A stretch of 64,000 nt of DNA from Moniliella sp. 'wahieum' (GCA_003971905.1 RSEE01000076.1:62001-126000), one strand, 5' to 3'. Positions 35,214 through 48,793 are shown, counted from the stretch's first letter. The notes: generated from the letters alone by a model not told the origin. Translations and numbers: made by a program.

Positions 35214-37779
35214 ATGCCCGCCGCCGCGCCCTGGCCGCCGCCGCCCGACCTGGACATGGACACGCTCGACGGCGCTCCCGCCGAGCACAGCCTCTTCTCC
35301 CCCGCCGAGTCTGTCCTCCTCGCCCGCTCCCTCCACGCCGTCGACCAGCTCGACCCTTTCGCCAGCCCTGCCGCCCCCGCCCCGCCCCCACCCCACCCAC
35401 CTCTGCCGCCCGCTCCCACCCGCCCTCCGCCGCCGCCTCCTCCCTCGACCCCGCCCGCCCCGCCCCGCCCGAACCCACCGGACGCGCTCCCACCGGCACC
35501 GGCCCACCCGCCTCCAGCTCCAGCTCCAGCTCCTTTCTCAGCTCCAACAACAACCCCGCCTTTCGCCAATGGCTCAGCAGCTTGACTGCCGACCCGCTCG
35601 TGCACCACATGGAACGGTACCAGGCCGCCCGACACTCCAGCCTTCGCCCCACGAGTCTGCTGATCCAAACCACGCGTCCAAGCCCAAGCCCTTCCCTCCG
35701 GCTTGGCCTTCCGCACCGGCCCATCTCCCTTCCTCTGCCTTTTCTCCCGCCCCTGCCCCTGCCCCTGCCCCGGCACCTGCACCCGAGCGAACCACCCAGT
35801 CCCCCTCGGCCACCGCCCCGCATTTGGGAGGATACGGATCGGACCCGCTCTGGCACCTGGCTCAAGTGAGTCAACTGCGCCAGATTGCCTCCCTCCCGTC
35901 TCCCCATGAGGGGGGGCGATCCACACCGGCCGCGTCAGCCGGTGCCGCCGGTGCATCCGGTTCGGGTCCCGCCCTGCACCTGGACATGCACCAGGTTCTG
36001 CATCTGTATCTGCGTCCGCAGCAGCAACGGGATCCACGTCCGCATCTGCTTCTCCGCATGGAATTTCCTCTTCCTCGGCATCCTACTCGCGCGGCGCCTT
36101 CTACCCTTCTTCATCTACTTCGGCGCTGCGCTACCCCCCGACGGAGGGACGGGGTACGGCGCGTCCGCGCTGGGTGGCACGCGGTCCGGCTCCCCCTTGC
36201 GCCCGGAAGCGTCGTTGGAACGTACATGGTCCTTGCTCGGGACCAAGTTTGGTAACAAATTGACTAGCTCCCATGTCTTTCCTTCTTCGCCTGATTTGAC
36301 CCGCCCAGCGTCCCACTACCACCCTTCGTCCGGATGGGAGAACGCCGCGGCGTCTTACCCTGCTCCCCGACCTGGCGACGTACCGAATGGCCCGCGTGCT
36401 AATGGCCCAGATAAACCACGACATTTACCTGGCTCTTTCCCCGGTCCGGGACAGGGACAGGGACAGGGTCAGGCACATGGACTGGGACTCGGGCCCGTAC
36501 CGCCTTCTGGGTCCTCAGGGCCCGGGGGACCGATGCCCCCACTTGGTCCGATCTCAGTTGCACCCCCCGCTGGCAATGGCAATGGCAATGGCAATGGCAA
36601 TGGCGCGAGCACGAATCCGAGCAGCGGGCTGTGTCCCCCAGGCGGGAGTGGAGCGACGGCTACGCGGTCTGAATCCAAAGACCCAGCTCGGAGCGGGGGA
36701 AGAACGCGGTGGTATTTGGTGCGACGGGGTGGAGGCCAGCGCAGTACGTGGACCCTACGCAGCGAGTGGTGGACGTATCGATTGTACCTGCTTCGGCATT
36801 TGGTCCGTTAGCTGCCCAGGCGCAAGCGGCGGGCTTTTGGTCCGATATGGAGTCGCAGTTGCAGCCCCATCTCAGTCGATTGGCTCTCCCTTTATCTACC
36901 ACTTCGGCTTCCAATCTCAATCCTACTTCCAACCCCAATTCCGATTCCAATCCCAGTTCGAATACTGTGGTATCCTCCATCCCGCCGCCGCTCGGGCGCC
37001 GACGAAGGGACGAAGATCGTGAGCCGGGGGTCTTGTTGACCGAGGCGGAAAAGAAAGCGAACCATATTGCTTCGGAGCAAAAACGTCGAACCAACATCAA
37101 ACGTGGGTACGAGGGCCTTTCTGCCCACGTACCGGCACTTCGCACTACCCCATCTACCTCCGCCCAGGACGGCCAGCAAGAACCAACCGGGAAGAAGAAG
37201 AGAACGCGGTGCGGGTGATAAACCAGCTGCCCCGTCAGAAGCTTATGTCTTGTCCAAGTGTACGTTTTGTTCTGTCTGTTCTGTTCTGTTCTATTCTGTT
37301 TTGTTTTGCTTTTTCGGTTCTTGGTTTTGAAAAGCAGACAAAGGGACAGGGATAGGGGCAAGAAACGGGGTGCCCACGTCCCGCCTCCCTATGCTTGTCC
37401 CTGTGCCCTGCTCTGCTGCTCTTCTGCGTTGTAACGAGGCACGGGACGAAAGACTGACCATGCGTTTTCTTTTTCTCTTTCTCTTTTTCTCTTGCTTTGA
37501 CTTTGACTTTGACTTTGATTTTGTCTTTGTCTTTCTGTCGGGTTCGTGTCGGGTTCGGGTTCGGGTTCGGGTTCTGGTCCTGGTTCCGGTTACGGCACGG
37601 ACCGTACCACTTGTCGACCCTTGGGCGATGTAGCACTGGAGTACATGCGAGACCAACTTGGCGTGCACGCTGCGCTACTTGCGCGTCGACGGGCCTTGCG
37701 CGCCGCCGTGGCACAAGCAGTAGGGTTCGATATCACCTTACCCCCCAATCCTGGACCTGACGCTCCACCACGTCACTAG
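35214..37779 (+). CDS. bHLH transcription factor (Ino4/Mlx-like); intron 37260-37633; Pro-rich N-terminus with frameshifts
   Basis: LLTEAEKKANHIASEQKRRTNIKRGYEGLSAHVPAL ... SEAYVLSK|SLEYMRDQL. Confidence 0.8.
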
Positions 37780-38802
37780 TATACTCTGCTTCGTTCCCCC
37801 CCCCCCCTGCGTATCCTACCCCCGTTTCCCTTGGTTCCACGCGTTGCACTCTTCCCACTCCGTGCGTGGTATATGGGGCTTGTCCGGCGTACGCGGCGGG
37901 CGTTCCTCCCACTCCTTGCGCCCCTTTAGGGTGGGATGGTACCTCGCATACAGGAGAACGGTCAGGTTTAGGTGAACCCTGATAGTGCTTTGGATTTGGA
38001 CCTGGATCTGGATCTGGATTTGGATTTGGATTTGGATGGCCATGGCCCCGACCCTGGCCGGTTGGTTCGAGGGCAGTTGCTTCCCCCCCCCCTCCCAAAC
38101 GCTCTGCTTATTTTGCTATTTCTCCTCCTACTCCTCCTACTCCTCCTCCTCCTCCTCCTCCTGCTCGTGCTCGTGCTCGTGCTCGTGTTCGTGGTACGGG
38201 CTCGGGACGTGGCTGCCGCATGACACTTTCCCCTCCTAATAGGTCCGCAATTGTATTGTATGTCCTGTTATGTCCTGCTCTATCCTGTCCTGCTCTGTCC
38301 TGTCCCGCACACGGCACACGGACATGGCACAAGCACAGCTGTCTCCCGGCGTGAGCAGGGCAGCGGGACCGGTCCATGGTTAAATGACCAGGCCTCAGAC
38401 CTGAGATCAGGCCTCAGGCCTCAGACCCCCCCTTGAGAGCCACCAAGTTGAACCAGAGCAGTAGCTCAGGTCTCGGGTACAGGTTGTGGGCGCGTCGGCG
38501 CTCGTGCACGCGCTACCGGTTCTATAGCGTACGGTACCATTGAAGGACCACCGCGTAGATATATCGAGGAATACGCGCGCTGGTGCAAACAGGTGGAATC
38601 AGGACGTGCACCTGGCACTGAGTACTCATGATCGTCATGCGTAATGCGTAATGCAATGGCCACAGAGGGACCAATGGTTGAGACTCCACGCACCCCTTCT
38701 ACAGACTATATTGTTGCTACTTCTGTATTTGTATTGTTGTGGCACACGGCACTGTGCGTCGATTGTCCGAGTAGGCCTCCAAAAAAACAAAAAAAAAAAA
38801 GG

Positions 38803-38899
38803 TGCGGCCGCCGGGAATCGAACCCGAACCTTCAGCTGCCCCTGCTGGTGCTTGCACGCAACGTGGAAGGCTAAAATTCTACCTTTAAACTACAGCCGC
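38803..38899 (-). tRNA. tRNA-Gly(TCC) with 26-nt intron at 37/38 (38838-38863)
   Basis: Acceptor stem GCGGCTG/CGGCCGC, anticodon arm TTAGC-CTTCCA^A-GCTGA, T-loop TTCGATT, poly-T terminator downstream (38781-38800). Confidence 0.93.
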
Positions 38900-39654
38900 T
38901 TTGTTTGACGAGACGGTACCTATTTGAAGTAAAGATAAGCGCTATGTTGCTCCCACGCCATGCTTGTCTCGCTTGACCGCTTGACCCGCTTGACTCGCTT
39001 GACCCAGCGGACTACCCCTTTGCCGTACCTGGGCTACCACAATCAACCAGACAAGGCCGAACCCTTGGAGTGATCCAACTACAACAAAAGAAACTGTCTT
39101 CCCGGATCAAGCCCCACACCACCACGCTCCTACCCATGTATCGAACATTCAGCCTGAACCAGGGTTGGGGATCCAAAAGGAAGAAGAGGGGCTGCGGTCA
39201 GACGGGAGAAAACGAGGTTATGGCTTTGTCTAAATCTAGATCGGGTCGCGACCCAGTACTGAGTCCTGAGCTGGGTACGTTCAGCTACCGAGGGAAGCGT
39301 ACATCGGTCCACCTCGTGGCTGCGATATGGTGGAGGTACAAGCCAGGCCCGTCAGGCACATGCACCCCGCCTTGTACAGCGGGCCAGAAGCCAGGCGGGT
39401 CTCACAGGCGCGGAGGGCGGTAGAGGCGCCAGTATCCCCCGAGTACAGTAGGAACGCATGAGGCAAGACAGTATCCAAATAAGTCAAGTACGGGGTCCTT
39501 GGAAACAGAAAAAATGGGTATGGGCCATGGGGTGGAAGGATGGAGCAACAGAGATCCGATCCGATCCGATACAATGCCATCCGATCCGATCCGATAGGAT
39601 AGGATACGATAGGATACATACGGTACGAGACACAAGGCAACCGAACCGAGGGTG

Positions 39655-40078
39655 TCAGGTAAACATGCGCAAGTACGCCAACAACAACGCTGCCGCGCCC
39701 GTCGTGACCCCAAACAAGTACTGCAGCGGGTTCCAAGGGCAAACGATTCCACCCCCACACGTTAGCGGACCATGGGACTGGAGAAGAGAGCAGGTATGGA
39801 AGGAGAATAGGAAGGGGGAGGAGGAGGGCAAAAAAAGGAAAACAAGAAAAAAAAGAAGAAAAAGACGTACTTGCATGACACTGAATCTGGCACTTTGAAT
39901 CTCGGTTCTCAGCTGCGCAATCTCAGCTTCGATTCGGGTTTCAATCTCTTTGATCTTGAGCGCATGAACTGACGATTCGTCTCGGATGCGGCCTGGGTTA
40001 CGAGACGACGACCGCCAACGCAGCAAGGTTAGCACATGGTACCCACACACGCCCCACCTCAGCGCCCCAGCGCCAGAA

Positions 40079-40124
<46 letters not shown>

Positions 40125-40586
40125 GTACGTACCCTTTTCCAGATTGAGGTCCAGTCTCACTCCAGCCTGGGTACGATTGATATCTTCGCGCAACTTGACC
40201 TTGACACGATCAATGTCGCTCATCAGACGTTCGTGGGCCGTCTTCATCACTGCAAAATCGTTGTGCTCCAACAACTGCATCTCCGACTTGAGCTGAGCAA
40301 AGTCCGTCTTTCGTGCCAACTGCCACTTGGCCGCCTCGGGTCGCGATACCAAGTCCCGCTCGACCGTGGCAAAACTATCGTTGATCGTGTCGCGCAAAGC
40401 CGAGGCAAGCGCATCCGCTTGCTTGGCCGCCACGCCAGCCTGCTGCAGACGCGCAACCAGACGCGCCGTGTCGTACGGCGCAGTTCCGTGGCCTTCCCAT
40501 CCCGAGGCACTGGTGTGCAGCTGCGCAGAGCCGAGGCGCGGCACGGACGTCGAAGCTAGCCGGCGCGCAAGGAGCGAGGCGGACAT
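39655..40586 (-). CDS. FMP32: Mitochondrial DUF1640 / CCDC90 / MCUR1-like protein, 2 introns
   Basis: Arg/Ser-rich presequence MSASLLARRL, YDTARLVARLQQAG, DFAQLKSEMQLLE, AGVRLDLNLEK|GRIRDE, C-terminal TM LQYLFGVTTGAAALLLAYLRM. Confidence 0.85.
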
Positions 40587-40881
40587 GGTGGTGGTCCGGG
40601 CGTCGGTTGTCGGTTGCACCCGGGCAGACGTGGCGGATGGATGATCGCGATGATTGGTTGGCCGACCGACCGATCGGCGGAGGGCTCGATGGATGGATTG
40701 CGTTTGAAACTTGAACGCACCGAAGACGGCCATTTTTTTTTGCTAGACCAAGTCAGTTAGGTGATGCTGGCTGGCCTTTGGCGACATCAACTGGCTGGCC
40801 TTCTTCCTCCTCAAGCGGGTCAGGACGCGAGGCAACCACCACCTCCCCCCCACTGCGCACACGCACAAGCACGGCACAGCC

Positions 40882-42614
40882 ATGGCGATGTTGGCGGGCT
40901 GAGCCGCAACCAACTCGACAAGTTGGCCGCCGCCGAGATCCGCAAGATCTCCCGCACGCCCTCCCACCGGCTCCTGTCGATCGAAGAGGATGCCCTCTTC
41001 GTGCGTCGCATCGCCCAGCACTGGCCGCACCTCGCCCTCGTAGCCAACCTGCGCTGTGGCGCTTGGTATACCCCGCCCAAGCTCACCTCGGCCACAAGCT
41101 ACTTCAAGTCGACCGACGGCCACACCAACCAATGGTCATTTTCCCTCAAGCGCAACAATCTCCACTCCTGCCCCTTCTCACCCACGCAGGCGGACTGATC
41201 ATTGCTGACTCGACCCGCCGCGGTAAAAAGTTGCCCGATGCACTGAGCAAGACGATCCCCATTTGGTGTGCTGTGCTCAACGCTGCATCGTCCAAGTTGT
41301 ATGGCACGCACTGGCCCGATGCTGGCCTGCATACTTCGGCGGAAGCAGTGAGCGCCAGTGAGCATGCCCAGATCCAGGCCAAGATCGATTCCTGGGCCGA
41401 AAGTTTGCTCGCGTCGGATTTGACGGTGCCAAAGCTGACCAAACCGCTTCGTCCGCTTTTTCTCACGCCCAGCTCGTTGGACGCACTGCCGGACTTGAGC
41501 CACATCGCGTTTGCCCCGGTCGTGTGCCTCTCGGTGTCGCGTCCAACAAGAGGGGGGATGGCTTACGCCCATTCCTCCAGCATGCCAGGAAGGACGTTTG
41601 TCTACATGCAAGGCGCTGGGGATGATCATGAGAATTGGGCCTTGGGGTTGACCCCGGCAGCTTGGTGGGACGAGCAGAACCATACCGCTCTCCTTGAGGC
41701 CAAGGACGATGAGATGCAGCACTTGATCCGCGGTCTTGCTGATCAGGCCAAGGGGAACGAATGGTTTGTTCCCACCCTGGCTGCCGAGCAGGAACCCAGT
41801 TCTTCCGCCTTCAAGGAATCGAGGGAACCTTGACGTCATTGCCTTGTCCTTCGCCGGGGCAGCACGTTGGAACAAGATCAACAGCAGCACCCAACCGCCG
41901 GCTTGATCATTCGCGTGGACGATCCCTTCGACCCCGAACTCTCCGACACACTGCGAACCTTGTCCATCAAAGCGAAGAACCAACATGGCGAAGCTTCTAC
42001 CTCTCCCAACCCACAGCCGAACGTGCTTTCTCTCGGGTTGCCACTAGGCAAGCGAAGCCTGCCCAAGTTTAACTCGGCGTTACGAAGCGTGATTGTGCGT
42101 GAGACTCCTCCCGTCTTTCTGGCTGCCTGGGACGACAATACTAACCAACGTAACCTTACTCTTGGTGGTGTGCGCACGCACAGACCCGTACGGAGCAAGC
42201 TTTGGTTGCAGGTCAGGTGGACTTGACTCTAGGCAGGGGATCGTCGTTTCCTCTCTGTCGCCTAGTAGCGTGCACGCGGCCGGGGCGATCTACGTGGCGT
42301 TGTTGGCGCTGTTGCTCAACGAGCATCGGGTTCCTGTGGTGCCTGGGCTAGCTACCTCCCAGTCCCGCTCCACGCCCGGGAACGATTCAGATTCCGATCC
42401 GGATGCAGATTCGGATTCGGATTCGGATCCCGATGCGGATCCGATCATTGATGCGTTGGCGGAGCATGCTTCTACATTGACCAAAGACTCGATCCGCAGG
42501 AGGCTCCAATGGATGCTCTCTGATCCAGCTCTTCACCCTGTGGTCGGGAGCGCAGGCCCGGCACGCGCTTGGCTCAACCGGGTGAACGAGGTGCTGCTCA
42601 GTAGCCAACTGTAA
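40882..42614 (+). CDS. RIT1: Initiator tRNA A64 2'-O-ribosylphosphate transferase
   Basis: RLLSIEEDALFV, VANLRCGAWY, YFKSTDGHTNQWSFS, DSTRRGKKLPDALSKTIPIWCAVLN, YMQGAGDDHENWALGLTP. Confidence 0.93.
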
Positions 42615-42951
42615 TCCAATATGATACCACCCAGAAGCCTGGATCGCGCGCTGCTGCGGCCCCACAAACACCTTTGTTGGTGGGAAAGGGCGAGACGGGG
42701 ATGCGATGGGTGAGAACTGGCATGGACAAGGAGAATGTTGGGTGTTGGTATGGATGGACCTGGACCTGGACCCTTGTGCCAAGGGGTTGCCCCTTCCTGC
42801 TGTGCCAGGCCACATGACAACTGAATCGACTATACAAATTCTTTGCTCTGTGCTACCCCCTCTGCCGTGACGCACGATTCGTACGCATTATGAATCCCCA
42901 CCCTTCCCACGTGGACGGCCTGATGCCCCAGCCATGTGCAGAAGGGAATAA

Positions 42952-44386
42952 TTAGAGATGGGCCTGGGCAGGCTGGTACAACGGATGCAGCTCATACAGC
43001 AGAGCCAACAATGTCCCGTCTTCCCCCTTGGCGCCAGCACTTGGATCCCCGCGGGCTTGTCGGGGTTGTCATGCAGAAAGCCAATGGGAACATTGACCGC
43101 GGGCACGCCGGCCATCGAGGCAGGCACCACCACTTCCATCCAACGATGGTAGGTGTCCATCGTGCGTCCCGCCACCTCCTTCGGCCAGTCCCACTCTTTG
43201 GGAAACGGCCAGGTTTGCGTACTGGGCAAAACAACAAAGTCGTACTGATCAAACAAGCGGAGCAGCGTACGCCACCACTTGGTTCGTACCCGGTTCGCCG
43301 CCCCTACCTCGTCAGCGTCACCTTCAACCCTTGCTCCACTTCCCAATTGAGTTCGGGCTTGCAGTGTTCACGCCGTTGCGCCTCGCTCAGCCCCAACGCG
43401 CGCACCGTCGACAAGACCGACACGTGCCGCAGCGTCGTCCAGGCGGTCCAGAGCGCATCAAAGTCAAATGCGACCGTGACGGGGTGAACGTCGACGGGGC
43501 GGGCGAGGGCAGCCATGCGATCCGTTTGGGACTGGGCAAAGGCAAGCAGGTCCGGCTCGATGGCCAAGTGGCCACCTAGGTCTCCCAACCAGCCCACCTT
43601 GAGTCGCGGCGGTAACACGTCTTGGGATGGGCCGGGGCAGACTGTACGGGTTACGTTTCTCGGGCCCGGCCATGACACGGAACAGCAGTTCCAAGTCGGC
43701 GGGCGTGCGGGCCATAGGGCCATTGACAGCAAACGAAGGTGTGAACAGGTCGCCTGCACCGGGTTGGAGGGGACCACGTCGGTGCTCGGCCGGAACCCGT
43801 ACACTTGGTTCCACGCCGCCGGGTTGCGCAGCGAGCCCATCGCGTCCGACCCATCTGCCAGAGGGAGCATGTGCCGGGCCAAGGCGACCGCCGCCCCGCC
43901 CGAGCTGCCGCCAGGAGACAGGCGGGGGTTGAACGCGTTGCCGGTGCGGCCCCAGACGCGGCTGTAGGTGTGCGAGCCCAGGCCGAGTTCGGGACAGGTG
44001 GTACGGGCAGGAAGATGGCGCCAGCGCGGCGGAGACGGGCGACGAACAGCTCGTCGCGCCGGTCACGCGGTCGGCAAAGACGGAGCAGCCAAGGGTGGTG
44101 CGCATGCCCTGGACGGGGGGGATGTCCTTGGGCGCCATGGGGATGCCGTGCAGCGGGCCGAGCCACGTGCCGGCGTCGAGGAGGCGGTCGTGGGCGTCGG
44201 CGTCGGCGAGGAGCTGGGTGGTGGGGCGGAAGGCGACGAGCGCGGTGACGTCGGCGTTGGCGGTGTGGATGTGGTCGAGGTAGGCCTGCATGACCTGCCG
44301 GCAGCTGAGCCGGCGGGTGCGGATGGCGCGGCTGAGCTCGACGGCGCTGAGCGCAGGGATGGGGGGGCGGGCGCGCGCGGCGGCAT
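42952..44386 (-). CDS. Amidase-signature family amidase, no intron seen, bacterial-like, predicted C-terminus AHL
   Basis: LSAVELSRAIR, GPLHGIPMAPKD, GGSSGG, ADGSDAMGSLRNPAAWNQVYGFRPS, GPMART, WPKEVAGRTMDTYHRWMEVV, PAVNVPIGF. Confidence 0.92.
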
Positions 44387-44556
44387 GGCGGTGATAAGAT
44401 TGGAGAAGCATTCTATTTGTGGGGGCGTATCAGGCGGGGCGCACCACACGTGACTGGGCGGAACCCCCGCCCCGTTCCGCCGCCCGACGCCGGCCTGATT
44501 TTTTTTCGCGGCGCCTTTACGCTTCATGCTCCCCCCACTAACCCACCGCCGCTGCC

Positions 44557-46465
44557 ATGGCCGCCCCCGCCGCCACGACGCTGATGAGCGTCGCCGGCGT
44601 GCCCGCCGACGTGCTCCACGACGAGGAGCTCAACACCGCCATCGCGCCGTCCTGCCCGCCGCCTACAACTTTGAGATCCCAAGAGCGTCCACCACATCCG
44701 CACCCACGCCGCCACCAGCGTCGCGCTCCAGATGCCCGAGGGCCTCACCCTCTGGGCCACCGCCATCGCCGACATCCTCGAGCGCTTCACCGGCGCACAG
44801 ATGACCATCATGGGCGACGTCACGTATGGCGCATGCTGCGTCGACGACTACACTGCCCTGGCGCTCGGGTGCGACCTGCTCATCCATTATGGCCACTCGT
44901 GCCTCGTGCCCGTCGACCAGACCCGCATCCGCACGCTCTACGTCTTTGTTGAGATCGCCCTCGATCCCATCCACCTCGCCCACACTGTTCGTGCCAACTT
45001 CCCTGCCGAGCGCCAACGATTCCGCGAGGCCATCCTCGGCGCCCCTGCTCTCCCCGCTGCCGCGCGACCCCAGCTCGACATCTCCCTCGAGGTGGGCAGC
45101 AGCGAGCCAAAGGAACATGCTTCTGCCTCTGCCTCTACCTCTGCCCCGCGCACCCACTTGGCCTTGGTGGGCACGGTCCAATTCATCTCGGCCGTGCAGC
45201 AGCTGTACGACGCACTGGTCCAACCTCTCGTGCTCCCTGATCTGCCGCAGCAGACGGCGCAGCTGCGCATCACTGCCGCCGAGGCCGATCCGGGCTGTGC
45301 GCCCGCGTCAGGGGAACAGGACAGTGTGGTTGCCGGATTGAGCACTGGCGCATACCAAGTCACCATTCCCCAGATCAAGCCGCTCCCCAGGCGAGGTGTT
45401 GGGCTGCACAAGTCCTCGTCTCGATGCCAGCACCGTCGATGCGATCTTGTACGTGGGCGATGGCCGCTTTCACCTGGAGAGCATCATGATTGCCAATCCT
45501 CGTATCCCTGCCTTCCGATACGACCCCTATACCAAACGATTCATGCGGGAACTCTATGACCACGCCTCGATGCGCCATGTCCGCTCCGATGCGGTCCGCA
45601 CAGCCCAGCACTCCCTCGCTGCCTTTTCCACGCCTTCTCATTCGCCATTGGCATCACCTTCTTCCCCACCCTCCCCGCCCCCTCCTCCACCGAGACCGAC
45701 GCTTCCCCTACCTCGACCCACCTCGCTCCTCCACCTTGCTCCTCCCCTGTCTCCCCACCTGCTCCCGCTTGGGCCGTCGTATTAGGCACGCTGGGACGCC
45801 AAGGCTCAGTCAAAGTCTTGGACCACATTCGCACCTTACTAGCTACCTACCATCCCTCTGGACGGCCGACCCAGTGCCCATTCCCTCGATTCCTATTCTG
45901 CTCTCGGAATTGTCACCACAAAAGCTTTCGCTGTTTGGCGCGCACATCGCGACGTATGTCCAGACATCTTGCCCACGCCTATCGATCGATTGGGGCGGCG
46001 CGTTCCCCAAACCGCTCTTGTCGCCCTACGAGGCGGCGGTTGCCCTGGGTGTCACGCAGGGGTGGAACGAGCGGGTGAGCGGGTTGGGCATGCAACGTAA
46101 ACCGTTGGCAGTGGCTGCGACCACGGTGGAGGATGCACCCCAGTCCAAGTCCCCTTCGTTGTCGCCTGCCCCAGGTCCAGGTCCAGGTCCAGCCTCTGCG
46201 CCTGCGCCTGCGCCTTCGTCGGGAGGCCCAGAAGCAGAAGCAGACGCAGGACCCAGACTGGGGCGATTACCCCATGGACTTTTACGCCAACGAGTCGCGC
46301 GGCCCATGGACGCCGCGGCACGGCATGCAGATTCGCAGGCCGCGCGGCACTAAAAACGGGACCTCGAACCTGGCCATCTTGAAACGGACCAAAGCCAAGT
46401 TGGCCGCACAGCAAGCCGCAGCGGCGGCCGCCGCTGCCCAAGATCCCCCGGCTCCCACTGCATAG
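44557..46465 (+). CDS. DPH1: 2-(3-amino-3-carboxypropyl)histidine synthase subunit 1 (diphthamide biosynthesis)
   Basis: [75 protein letters not shown]. Confidence 0.95.
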
Positions 46466-46663
46466 TCCTATCTACTCCTCTACTCGTACTGCCCTCCCAG
46501 GGAGAGTCCGAGCCTTTAGCCTTTAGCCTTTAGCCTTAGGGTCTCGGACTTGGATCCCACCAGTGGTTTATATGTCATGGCACGTAGATAAAGTAGAGTA
46601 GGTGGGGTCTTGGTTATTCGTCTTGGTTATTTGTCTGGTTATCATCTTGGTTATTCATCTTGG

Positions 46664-48364
46664 TTATTCGTCCGTAAACGAATCCCAAAGACCTTGTAGC
46701 AGTCCTCCTCCGCCCCCCTCACCATCGCCCGAGTCGTTAGAGTCAGACCAAGGATCTCGCCCCACACCTGTTCCCCGCCCATGCCGGTATCCGGACTGCC
46801 AGGCCAGCCTGACGAAGCGCCTCGGCACCCCAGGGCGAAGCTGAAGACGATCCAGAGGACCAAGGATCCGTCATGCCCGTATCCGTATTGGGATTGGGAT
46901 TGGGATTGGAATTGGGATCGCCGAAGCAGCTGGCGGGGGGGCGGCGCTTGACCCCATTGGCCTGGGTGCTGACCCCACCCGTATCCAGCTGCGGCGGCGC
47001 CAGCCGCAGCTCCAGCTCCAGCTTCGGCTGCTGAGCCGGCAGCGCCAGCGCCCACCTCGGAGCCTACGCCTGCAGCTCCGGCTCCTGCTTCAGTTCCAGC
47101 GACAGGACCCGCACCAGGGATGGGGAAAAACAGAGGAAAGCCAAATCCCGAACCGTGGGAACTGTGCCGAGAGAAAAGTCAAAGTCAATGGAGATGGCGG
47201 TGGCTAGGGCGGTAGCCCTTTGGTCCAGGGTCAAGCTCCCGGTCGGTTGGACAGGCACAACTTCTCGGCCTGTAGCTAGGCCAGGCGCCGAGCCAAGTCG
47301 TGCAGCGGCCTTGGAAGCCTCAGCGTCCTGCTCGGGCTCGTTGGCTACCGCGTCGAACCGTAGCACATACTGCCCTGTGTCCGTAAAGAATTCTTGCAAG
47401 CCACGGAAATTGCGGCTAATGTCGCCTAGCAACTGGTCTTGCTTGTTGACCATGGTAAAGTCCCAGCTCAGCACGGGCGCATCCACCTTGGCGAATTGAG
47501 CGAGTACTTCTTGCCCCGCTTGGCCGGACGGTGCCGCCTCCTCCGGCCTCGCTTGGAATAACTCGTACTTTCTCCGCCACAGGTGCCACACTTGTCGTGA
47601 CTCACCAATCAATTGCATCCCCGCCTGGTTCGCTGCCTCGACTCCGTCAGTAGTAGGAACCTCTTGTGCCCGAGCACCGTACCCGCCCCGTTCCACGCCG
47701 GGTCTAGCCGAAACACTTGCACGGCCGAATTGATCAGGGTGAATCCGCGTCGGAAGAGGAGCAAGGGTGTTCCCTGGGCAGAAAAAAGCGTGGCGGTAAA
47801 GGGACGGGAAGTGGTGAAAAAGTTACGCTTGAGCGAAGATGTAAGCGAAACACCTTCCTCCGCCAAGTAGCCGGCAGGTTGGCCATCGGGCGTCAACAGC
47901 GCATACTTGTTCGCTTGCTCAAACCCGACAAACAGATTGAGAAACTCGAGTTGACGGGTAACGATCAGTGCGCTCTGCCCAAGTACCTTTCCCACCTCAG
48001 GGTCGGACGTCAGGGACAGAACCCCCTCAGGGTCGTCAGGCACCACCACGGGAGCACGCAGTTCGGATGGAAGCGGCGGCATCTCGGACGATGCCCCCCA
48101 GGACGTGGGATGGCAGCCTCAGCTTGGACCCGAGCCGGTGGCTTCCGATCTCCAAGCGGAGCACGGGCACCTTGGTTGGGAGCGGGGAAGCGGGAGAAGC
48201 GGGGGCGGTCGGAGCGGTGGCGAGAAGCAAGGCGGGGCGTGGTGCTCAGTGGCGCGGCGAAGACAGAGGGCGGCGCTGCGCCCGCAGGCGCAGGGGCGGC
48301 AGAGGGCGTGTAGGCCGGGCAGCCTGCCTGTGGGCGCAGCCAGCTTAGAAGCCGCCCGCAGCAT
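46664..48364 (-). CDS. AIM25: Mitochondrial phospholipid scramblase family protein
   Basis: LIVTRQLEFLNLFVGFEQANKY, RPFTATLF, IGESRQVWHLWRRKYELF, VDAPVLSWDF, FTDTGQYVLRF, TLDQRATALATAISIDFDF; Gly-rich tail ending GLWDSFTDE*. Confidence 0.88.
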
Positions 48365-48666
48365 CGTGCAAGCCGGGAAGGACGGATGTGGTGGTGGTGG
48401 TGGTGGTGGTGGTGCCGACAGACCAACGGGTAGGCTAGCCATCATCATTCGTGATTCCGACAGCGACTCTGGCCGAAGCAACGCGAAGAAGCACACTGCA
48501 ATTTGAAACTTGGGCCGGGTGCGGGGCACGTGACTACGGGCTATGGGCCGCTTCGGAAACCGCCTCGGTTGGGCAGACACAGATTCCAGCACAGTGGATC
48601 CAGATGATGGTAACGGAGCAGTGTATAGCGACGACGGAGAGGAGGATGCTCACCACGTATCCCGCG

Positions 48667-48793
48667 GCATGGCGAGGAGCATGGCGAGGAGCATGGCGAG
48701 GATCACGTCGAGAATCATGTCGAGAATCATGTCGAGAATTATGTCGAGAATCTTGTCGAGAATCTTGTCGAGGGTCACGTCGAGGATCATGGC
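48667..48793. repeat. 12-bp minisatellite, ~10.5 units (GCATGGCGAGGA grading into TCATGTCGAGAA)
   Basis: Units start every 12 bp from 48667 to 48787. Confidence 0.9.

Noticed and set aside
42600..42614. PTS1-like SQL end on Rit1
   Set aside because: Rit1 acts on initiator tRNA, the context lacks basic residues, and a chance match is likely.
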